Below, in pieces: positions 12,307 through 19,618 of a stretch of 64,000 nt of DNA. Each line of letters opens with the position of its first letter. Position 1 is the first letter of the stretch. Position numbers and translations under genes: made by a program. A model generated the notes under the pieces. It worked only from the letters and a program-made list of their open reading frames with translations, ran no database searches and was not told the DNA's origin. Source of the DNA: an uncultured Acidobacteriota bacterium (lineage in GTDB: Bacteria > Acidobacteriota > Thermoanaerobaculia > Thermoanaerobaculales > Thermoanaerobaculaceae). The stretch lies in assembly GCA_963747245.1 (NCBI GenBank), contig CAVVEO010000004.1, forward strand, positions 17,876-81,875, written 5' to 3'.

Positions 12307-13901
12307 GCCGAAGAGCAATCACCTCCGGGGCTTTGCTTGTCGTGCTTGCGGCCGTCGCCGGGTGTCGCACGGCGCCGCCCGCCCGCGCCGGAATCGACCC
12401 GGCCAAGGCCCCGGCCGCGGTCGTCGGTTCCGACCCCTCGCCGGCGTCCCGGCCGGACGCCCGCGACCAGGTCGAGGCGTTGCTCGCGTCGGCCCAGGAC
12501 GCGACCGCCAGGGGTGATGCAGCCGAGTTCCAGGACTGCGAGGCCGCCATCTTCCAACTCCTCGACCGCACCCCGGAACTCGCCGCCCAATCGAACGGGT
12601 GCTCCGCGTACCGCGACGACGCCGTGGCCGAGCTTGCCTCGCTCGCCGACCAGATCGACGACGGCGACGACACCGCGGCCGATGACTCGCCGCCCGAACC
12701 TGAGCCCGTGGCCGAGGCGCATGTCAGCGAGGTGCAGGAGAAGGCGCGCCAGTCCCAGTACGACCTCCCGGTGGTCGTCAACCCGGAGGTCACCTCGCTG
12801 ATCGACTTCTACACCGGACGGTACCGGGAACGGCTCATCGCCGCGCTCGACCGGGCCTCGATCTACCTGCCGTACATCCGCGCCCAGCTCAAGAAAGCGA
12901 ACATGCCGCAGGACCTCGCCTGGCTGCCGCTGGTCGAAAGCGCGTTCAACCCGCGCGCCCGCTCGCGCGCCAAGGCGCAGGGGCTGTGGCAGTTCATGGC
13001 GGGGACGGCGCGGCTGTACGACCTCCGCGCCGACAGCCTCGTCGATGAACGCAACGACCCGTTCCTCGCCACCCAGGCCGCCGTACGCCACCTCGCCGAC
13101 CTGCACAACATGTTCGGTTCATGGGAACTGGCGCTGGCGGCGTACAACTGCGGCGCCGGCAACATCCAGCGGGCGCTGCGACGGAGCAAGGGCGACACCG
13201 ACTTCTGGACGTTACGCCGCTACCTGAGGCGCGAGACGCGCAACTACGTCCCGGCGCTGTGGGCGGTGGTGGTGGTGACGAAGAACCCCACCGCCTACGG
13301 CCTGCCGCCGATCGAGGAGCACCCACCGTGCCTGGACCGGGTCCCGGTTACGGGAGCTCTCGACCTCGACGTGCTGGCGCAGCGGGCCGGCCTCGATGCC
13401 CAGGACCTCGCGGACTTGAACCCGGCGCTGAAGCAGCGCCTCACACCGGCGAGCGGGAGCTATCAACTGGCCGTCCCCTGCGGTCTCAAGTCCAACATCG
13501 CCGACGTCATCGCCGCGATCCCCCCCTCCGAACGGGTGCGCCGCTTCCTCCACGTGATCAAGAGGGGCGACACCCCTGGGGCGATCGCGCGGAGGTACGG
13601 CTCGAGCGTGGATACGATCATGGCGGCGAACGGCATCAGGAACCCGCGCGCCTTGCGCATCGGCCAGACGTTGATCATCCCTCGCGGGCCGGTCGCCGCT
13701 TCCGAGCGTCACACGGTGGCGTCGGCCCCGGCCCGCAAGGCGTATACCCACGCGCCGTCGAAGCGGTACGTCGTCAGGCGCGGCGACACTCTGTACAGGA
13801 TCGCGCGGCGGTTCGGGACCTCGACCGGGGAGCTGCTCAAGCGCAACAACCTGGCCGACGAAACGATCCGGCCCGGCGACGTCCTCCTCCTTGGCCGCTG
13901 A
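12303..13901 (+). CDS. Membrane-bound lytic murein transglycosylase (MltD-like; SLT domain + 2 LysM)
   Basis: Lipoprotein-like N-terminus (..LAAVAGC). SLT motif LPLVESAFNPRARSRAKAQGLWQFM. Two LysM repeats (HVIKRGDTPGAIARRYG.., YVVRRGDTLYRIARRFG..). ATGA overlap with the upstream GTPase gene. Confidence 0.9.
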   Translation: MSRRAITSGALLVVLAAVAGCRTAPPARAGIDPAKAPAAVVGSDPSPASRPDARDQVEALLASAQDATARGDAAEFQDCEAAIFQLLDRTPELAAQSNGCSAYRDDAVAELASLADQIDDGDDTAADDSPPEPEPVAEAHVSEVQEKARQSQYDLPVVVNPEVTSLIDFYTGRYRERLIAALDRASIYLPYIRAQLKKANMPQDLAWLPLVESAFNPRARSRAKAQGLWQFMAGTARLYDLRADSLVDERNDPFLATQAAVRHLADLHNMFGSWELALAAYNCGAGNIQRALRRSKGDTDFWTLRRYLRRETRNYVPALWAVVVVTKNPTAYGLPPIEEHPPCLDRVPVTGALDLDVLAQRAGLDAQDLADLNPALKQRLTPASGSYQLAVPCGLKSNIADVIAAIPPSERVRRFLHVIKRGDTPGAIARRYGSSVDTIMAANGIRNPRALRIGQTLIIPRGPVAASERHTVASAPARKAYTHAPSKRYVVRRGDTLYRIARRFGTSTGELLKRNNLADETIRPGDVLLLGR

Positions 13902-13907
13902 CCGCGC

Positions 13908-14402
13908 TCACTTGCGGAGAGCGCGGACGAGAACCCACACGCCCACCACCACGAGCGCAGCGGGCCACCATGTGCGCACCGCGATCATCGCCTGCGGTGG
14001 GATCACGGCGACGTTCCGCAGGTAACGGGCGCCCCCGAGCACGAGCAGGATCACGCCGGGGACGAGCGGCCACCAGTGGCGGTTCAGCCTGAGGATGAGC
14101 GCGAGAACCCAGATCCCGATGAAGCCCGCGCCGAGGCCGAGTTGGATCCAGGCGCCGGACGACATACCCGCCAAGCCGTGGTCGCCCAGCACCATCCCGG
14201 CGCCCAGGCCCAGCAGGATCATCCCCCCGACCAGCGCGTGGTACGACGAGCTGACGATCGCGATGAGCGCCAGGCCGACCCCGAGCCCGAGCAGCCACGC
14301 GGGGGCCGTGTTCATCAGCGCGAAGCGGGTCACGAGCAGGACCCCGCCGACCACCACCAGGATCACCCCAGCCGCCAGGTTCGACTTGCGCGTCCGAGCC
14401 AT
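13908..14402 (-). CDS. Hypothetical polytopic membrane protein
   Basis: 164 aa with about five hydrophobic helices rich in Gly/Leu/Val. SD GGAGGGG upstream. No recognisable family. Confidence 0.7.
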   Translation of the reverse strand: MARTRKSNLAAGVILVVVGGVLLVTRFALMNTAPAWLLGLGVGLALIAIVSSSYHALVGGMILLGLGAGMVLGDHGLAGMSSGAWIQLGLGAGFIGIWVLALILRLNRHWWPLVPGVILLVLGGARYLRNVAVIPPQAMIAVRTWWPAALVVVGVWVLVRALRK

Positions 14403-14493
14403 CGCCCCTCCAAATCGCGCCGCGGGTCCGCCCGCCGCCCCTCACCTTCGGCACGCTCCGCGAGCTTAGCAAACCCGCGGGCGCCGGGGCGCC

Positions 14494-14604
14494 TCAGAAG
14501 ATCCTGAGGAACCTGACCACCAGCAGGCCCAACAGGGCAATCAGATAGAACCGCAAGAAGAACAGGGCCGCCTTGACCGTCGGTGTCATCTGGACGCGGG
14601 GCAT
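14494..14604 (-). CDS. 36-aa hydrophobic peptide (MPRVQMTPTVKAALFFLRFYLIALLGLLVVRFLRIF), not in ORF track
   Basis: Hand-translated. The ATG lies 9 nt after the stop of the upstream MgtE_N/CBS gene, and AAGGAG lies 12 nt upstream of the ATG. One predicted TM helix. A palindrome (GGCGCC-CC-GGCGCC) follows the stop. Confidence 0.4.
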   Translation of the reverse strand: MPRVQMTPTVKAALFFLRFYLIALLGLLVVRFLRIF

Positions 14605-14613
14605 GAGGCTCAC

Positions 14614-15909
14614 CTACTCCTTTCGGGACACCGCGCCGGCCATGATCTCGTTGGAGCGGATCACGCCGAGAATTCGGTCCTGGGCGTCGACGATCGGGAT
14701 CATCCGGTAGTGGTACTTGGCGAAAACCGCGGCGATGTCGTCCTGCACGTCGCTTTCCTCGACCGACACCACCGGGGACGTCATGATCGACGACACCGGA
14801 GCGTCGTCCGCCGCGAGCACGAGTTCGCGCAGGTCGACGACCCCCGCGAGGGTGCGTCCTTCCTGGTTGACCACGTACACGTACGAGATCGTCTCCGGCT
14901 CGGATCCCGACTTCCGGATCCGATCGAGCAACGGCCCCACTCTGGTGTCGAACGGAACCGCAATGAACTCGGGTGACATCAACGCCCCGGCCGTCGCCTC
15001 GCGCTCCGAGAGGATCGCCCTGATCCTCGAGGCGTCCTCGGGCGACAGCACGTCCATGAGCTCGGTCGCGTCGTCGTGCGGTAGGACCGAGAACAGCTTG
15101 GCGAGCTGCGGGACGCTCATCTCCGAGAGGATCAGCCGGGCCCGCTCCTTGCGGAGGTCGGCGATCAGCTGGCGTTGGGCGCGCGGCTCGGCCTCGAGCA
15201 GCGTCTCCGCGGCCTTCTCGGAGTCCAGGGCCGAGAACAGCGCTTCCTGCTCGTCGCCCTCGAGCTCCTCGAGCGCGTCGGCGAGGTCCTCGCTCGGAAG
15301 GTCGAGCATCTGCCTGCGGGTCACGGAGAGCGACACCTTGTCGGTCGCGACGGCGTCCTCCACCGACAGCGGCTGGACGTACTTCCACGAGATGAACTCG
15401 TCCTTGACCCATTTCAGCCTGCCGAGGCCCCACCGGCGCAGGATCCCGTTCATCGAGGTGTCCACGTGCACGAGGAGAAGGTGGCCCTTGGCCTCGAGCA
15501 GGTGGACGTCGTTGACCACCTCGGTGCGCCGGCCGTCCATGTCGAGGATCGTGCGGCCCATGAGGTGCGCGTCCACCAGCATCCAGCCCGGCTGGTCGAC
15601 GAACGGCGGGTAGACCGCGCCGGTCTCGGGCGGCTTCACGAAGACCGCGTCGTCCTCGACCTTGACGACCCGTTCCCATGGGACGAACTGCGTCGGCTTG
15701 CCCCACCCGAACTCGAGGACGATGCCGACCGCCTCGGGGTAGGGCTCCTTCAGCGCGAAGACGAGGTCGGAAAGCTTGCCGATCCGGTCCTTGATCTTCC
15801 CGGCACACACCGGTCGCTTGAGCAGCTGGGAGAAGAAGAGGAAGCGGAAGCTCCCGATCCCCTGCGGCAGGTCCGGGACTCTCGGCGGCTGAACGGTCGG
15901 CGCTGCCAT
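14614..15909 (-). CDS. Soluble PRC-barrel-like x2 / MgtE_N / CBS-pair protein (MgtE cytosolic module without a membrane domain)
   Basis: 431 aa. MgtE_N-like acidic helical repeat (LPSEDLADALEELEGDEQEALFSAL..). CBS pair (ALMSPEFIAVP.., IMTSPVVSV..MIPIVD). No TM segments. SD GGAGGA sits 4 nt before the ATG, directly after the Nramp stop. Confidence 0.85.
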   Translation of the reverse strand: MAAPTVQPPRVPDLPQGIGSFRFLFFSQLLKRPVCAGKIKDRIGKLSDLVFALKEPYPEAVGIVLEFGWGKPTQFVPWERVVKVEDDAVFVKPPETGAVYPPFVDQPGWMLVDAHLMGRTILDMDGRRTEVVNDVHLLEAKGHLLLVHVDTSMNGILRRWGLGRLKWVKDEFISWKYVQPLSVEDAVATDKVSLSVTRRQMLDLPSEDLADALEELEGDEQEALFSALDSEKAAETLLEAEPRAQRQLIADLRKERARLILSEMSVPQLAKLFSVLPHDDATELMDVLSPEDASRIRAILSEREATAGALMSPEFIAVPFDTRVGPLLDRIRKSGSEPETISYVYVVNQEGRTLAGVVDLRELVLAADDAPVSSIMTSPVVSVEESDVQDDIAAVFAKYHYRMIPIVDAQDRILGVIRSNEIMAGAVSRKE

Positions 15910-15918
15910 GTCGTCCTC

Positions 15919-17235
15919 CTACTTGCCCGCCCCGAACAAACCGGGGAACAGGGTGCTGATCGCGAACAGCGTGGACATGAACGTCACGAAGAGGACGATG
16001 CCCCAGTTCGCGATGTTCTGCCAGCGGGTGTTGACGTGCTCTCCGACGAACGCCGGATCGTTGAGGATCAGGATGAGGAAGACGAGGGCCGAGGGAAGCA
16101 GCGTCACGGCCGCGACCTGCACGAACATGGTGATCGCGATCAGCGGCGCGCCGGGGATCAGCACGATCGCCCCCGCGCCGAGCAGCATCGCCACGTGCAC
16201 GACGTAGAACCAGGGCGCTTCCTTCACGCTCTTGTTCAGCGAGTGCGCCCAGCCGAACACCTCGCCGACCGCCCAGGAGGTCGAGAGGGAGATGCAGAGG
16301 GCGCCGAGGAACCCCGCGTCGAAGAGCCCGATCGCGAAGAGTTTCCTCGCCAGGACGCCGTACCCGCCGAGGAGCGGCACGATCGCCTCGGCGGTCTGCT
16401 TGGCGTCCTCGATGACGATCGGAGGATGGTGATAGAAGAACGCCGCGCCCGTCGCGATGATGATGAACGCGGCCACGACGCCGGTGATGAGCGACCCCGC
16501 GAAGGTGTCGACCTTGCCGAACTTCACGTCGTGGACGTCGAGCCCCTTGTCGACGACGGAGCTCTGCTGAAAGAAGATCTGCCAGGGCGTGATCGTCGTC
16601 CCGATGTTCGCCAGGATGATGAACAGCAGGCTGCCCGACAGGCCTCCGGGCAACGTCGGGAGGAAGAGCCCCTCGAACACCTTGCCCCAGCCGGGGCTGG
16701 TCGGGGTCTTCATGGCCCAGAACGCCGCCGGGATGTAAACGAGGTTGAAGGCGCAGAAGAAGAGCGTCAGCCGCTCGAAAGTCCAGTACTTCCCGGTCAT
16801 CGAGACGGCCACGAGGATGGCGGTCACCACCAGGAAGGTGACCACCGGCGGGACGCCGAACAGGCTCATCGCCGCGATCATCCCGATGTACTCGGTGACC
16901 AGCGTCAGCAGGTTGACGATCGCGAGGTCGACGAGGGAGAACCAGCCCCAGAACGGGCCGAACCCCTCGAAGATCGCCTCGGCGTGCCCGCGCTTCGTCA
17001 CGGCGCCGAGGCGAACGGTCATCTCCTGGATGTAATACGCCATCGGGACGAGGATGAAGATGATCCAGAGCAGCGAGAAGCCGTACTTGGAGCCGGTCAC
17101 CGCGTAGGTGGAGATCCCGCCGGCGTCGTTGTCGGCCACCATCGTGATGATCCCGGGGCCGAGCACGGCGAGGAAGATGAGGAGCCGGCGCTTGAACCGG
17201 TTCAGGACGTGAAAGCTCTTCGAGACCCAGTACAT
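15919..17235 (-). CDS. Nramp/SLC11-family transporter with non-canonical metal site (NRMT-like)
   Basis: 438 aa with about 11 TM helices. The TM1 motif reads MVADNDAGGIST (canonical DPGN). The TM6 motif reads ANIGTTITPWQIFF (canonical GA.VMPHN). Confidence 0.88.
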   Translation of the reverse strand: MYWVSKSFHVLNRFKRRLLIFLAVLGPGIITMVADNDAGGISTYAVTGSKYGFSLLWIIFILVPMAYYIQEMTVRLGAVTKRGHAEAIFEGFGPFWGWFSLVDLAIVNLLTLVTEYIGMIAAMSLFGVPPVVTFLVVTAILVAVSMTGKYWTFERLTLFFCAFNLVYIPAAFWAMKTPTSPGWGKVFEGLFLPTLPGGLSGSLLFIILANIGTTITPWQIFFQQSSVVDKGLDVHDVKFGKVDTFAGSLITGVVAAFIIIATGAAFFYHHPPIVIEDAKQTAEAIVPLLGGYGVLARKLFAIGLFDAGFLGALCISLSTSWAVGEVFGWAHSLNKSVKEAPWFYVVHVAMLLGAGAIVLIPGAPLIAITMFVQVAAVTLLPSALVFLILILNDPAFVGEHVNTRWQNIANWGIVLFVTFMSTLFAISTLFPGLFGAGK

Positions 17236-17630
17236 GGACCGCTTCCCTCAGCGCTCACGACACGCCCTCCGGGAGCGGGCGTCGTCGCATGCCGAAACCC
17301 TCGGCCCGGCTGCACGTCTCGTTGTCAGGCGGCGAAGCATGCGCATCTCCGTTTCCCCGCAGGGACTCGAGGCCGGAGACGCGCCGCGGATGGGAATCAG
17401 ATGCGCGGTGCCGCAGCGCCCGCCGGCCGGCGAGCCCGGGTGTAGAAGTCGCTTTCCCGACTTGGAGGTTCCATCTGTCCTTTCCACCCCATGGCCGGCG
17501 CCGGCTGCCACGCCGTCGCCTCACGGCACACCACCACGATTGGCCCTTGTAGTCCAGGTCCGCACCGCTTGTCAACCGCCGCCGCGCGACCACCCGGGCG
17601 AGGGGTTTCTTCGCTACAATATTCTCCGAA

Positions 17631-19133
17631 ATGTCTCTCCCCCGCATCCTCGTCACGGGCGCTTCCGGCTTCGTCGGCCGTCACCTCCTCGAGGAGATCA
17701 AGGAGCGGTATCGGATCGTCGGGCTCGGGCGCCGCTCGCAGCGCGACTGTGGCGCGCCGGTGCACGCCAACATCGCCTGGTCGCAGGTCGACATCGGCGA
17801 ACGCGGGAGCCTCGCACGCGTGTTCGAGGGGGTTGCAGCGAGCGGCGGCGCGGACGTGCTGCTGCACCTGGCCGCCCACTACGATTTCACCGGGGCGGAG
17901 GATCCCGAGTACTGGCGAACGAACGTCGAGGGGCTGCGGAACGTCCTCGAACTCGCCAAGGACCTCAAGGTCCGCCGATTCATCTTCGCCAGTTCGGTGG
18001 CGGCGTGCAAGTTCCCTCCGCCGGGCCGGGCCCTTGACGAGACGAGCGTCCCCGACGGCGATCACATCTACGCGCGCACCAAGCGCATCGGCGAGGAGAT
18101 GGTCGGGGAGTACTCCGCGTTCTTTCCCACCTGCACCGTCCGCTTCGCCGCGCTCTTCTCGGACTGGTGCGAGTACCCGCCCCTTTACGTGTTCCTCGAG
18201 ACCTGGTTGTCGCACCGGTGGAACGCGAGGATCCTTGGCGGGCGCGCCGTCTCGGCGATCCCGTACCTGCACGTGCGGGACGCGGTGCGCGCCTTGCAGG
18301 TCCTGCTCGCGCAGCCGGAGCTCCCGCGCGAGCGGGAGGTCTTCGTCATCAGCCCCGACCGCGCCGTCTCGCACCGCGAGCTTTTCACGGCGGCGCGGAT
18401 GGCCGGCCTCGGGCAGGCCTCGCGGCCGATCTGCCTGCCCAAGCCGCTGTGCGGACCCGGCATGCTGACGCGCGACCTGCTCGGACGCGCCCTCGGTGAG
18501 CGGCCGTTCGAGCGGCCATGGATGGCGAAGTACATCGACCTCGCGATGAGGGTGAATGCCGAGCGCACCCGCGGCCGCCTCGGGTGGGCGCCGCGCCCGC
18601 GCCTGGAGATCCTCCGCCGCCTGCCGTTCCTGCTGGAGGACCGCAAGACGCAGCCGGTGAACTGGAGCTGCCTCAACCTTGCGGCGATGAAGACCGTGAA
18701 TATCCGCCCGAACCTCCAGATCCACCGCCTCCTCGAGGCGCATGAGGCGGCGATCTGGGGCGCGATGACCGATCAGCTCCTCATGCCGGACCTCCACCAA
18801 AGGCATTCGAAGTACGAGCAGATCCCGAGACACGAGCACGACTGGTACAACCGGTTGCTGTTGCACAGCCTGATGAACTCGGTCCGCACGCGCGAAAAGG
18901 CGCTGTTTCGCTCGCACTGCCGCGACCTCGCCGAGCGCCGCCGGGTGCAGGGTTTCACCGCGGAGGAGGTTTGCTTCGCGCTCCGCCTCCTCAACGAGAC
19001 CTGCATCAAGATCCTCTCCATGGAACCCGCGCCCGTCAGTCTTGTCGAGCTCGACGACTACATCACCGCCGCGGTGCAGTTCGGCATCGACGAAGTCGAG
19101 GACGTCTTCGACCAGGATGGAGGGGGACGGTAG
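17631..19133 (+). CDS. Extended-SDR (NAD-dependent epimerase/dehydratase fold) fused to a C-terminal helical domain, paralogue 1
   Basis: 500 aa. VTGASGFVGRHL (GxxGxxG), YARTK (YxxxK), SDWCEYPPLYVFL. A helical C-terminal region of about 170 aa. Clear paralogue of 21658..23265. Confidence 0.85.
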   Translation: MSLPRILVTGASGFVGRHLLEEIKERYRIVGLGRRSQRDCGAPVHANIAWSQVDIGERGSLARVFEGVAASGGADVLLHLAAHYDFTGAEDPEYWRTNVEGLRNVLELAKDLKVRRFIFASSVAACKFPPPGRALDETSVPDGDHIYARTKRIGEEMVGEYSAFFPTCTVRFAALFSDWCEYPPLYVFLETWLSHRWNARILGGRAVSAIPYLHVRDAVRALQVLLAQPELPREREVFVISPDRAVSHRELFTAARMAGLGQASRPICLPKPLCGPGMLTRDLLGRALGERPFERPWMAKYIDLAMRVNAERTRGRLGWAPRPRLEILRRLPFLLEDRKTQPVNWSCLNLAAMKTVNIRPNLQIHRLLEAHEAAIWGAMTDQLLMPDLHQRHSKYEQIPRHEHDWYNRLLLHSLMNSVRTREKALFRSHCRDLAERRRVQGFTAEEVCFALRLLNETCIKILSMEPAPVSLVELDDYITAAVQFGIDEVEDVFDQDGGGR

Positions 19134-19175
19134 CGAAGAGCGTCTGGTAGTATCGTTCATCACTGGGAGAGCGCG

Positions 19176-19607
19176 ATGGGATCCGGTCGCAGGCTGATGA
19201 TGATCGACGACGACGTCAACCTGGTGAGCGTCTTCAAGCTCGTCTGCACGGCCAAGGGCTACGAGTTCTTCTCGGCCCACTCCGCCGCCGAGGCCCTCGA
19301 GAAGATCCCGGAAGTGGAGCCCGACGTCATCATCCTTGACGTGATCATGGAGGACTTCGTGGCGGGCTTCCGGGTGGTGAGCGAGCTGCGCGCTGGCGGC
19401 CCGGACTCTCGCTTCGCCAAGTACGCGAAAGTCCCCATCATCATGCTGACGAGCGTGACCAGCAAGACCCACCTCAACTTCTCCGACCGGGTCGGGACGG
19501 CGCTCCTTCCCGTCGACGACTTCATCGAGAAGCCGGTCAAGCCTGCGGAGATCCTGACGAGGATCGACGCCTTGCTGGCGAAGACGCGGGCGCCGGGCGC
19601 CTCCTGA
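19176..19607 (+). CDS. Stand-alone response-regulator receiver protein
   Basis: 143 aa with the acidic pocket IDDD, phospho-acceptor context VIILDVIM, MLTS and EKPVKP. Confidence 0.9.
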   Translation: MGSGRRLMMIDDDVNLVSVFKLVCTAKGYEFFSAHSAAEALEKIPEVEPDVIILDVIMEDFVAGFRVVSELRAGGPDSRFAKYAKVPIIMLTSVTSKTHLNFSDRVGTALLPVDDFIEKPVKPAEILTRIDALLAKTRAPGAS

Positions 19608-19618
19608 CCGCGCGGTCT

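Noticed and set aside
17236-17630. M-box (Mg2+) or yybP-ykoY (Mn2+) riboswitch in the Nramp leader.
   Set aside because: I could not find the conserved cores of either class by eye. It is kept only as a low-interest candidate pending an Infernal scan.
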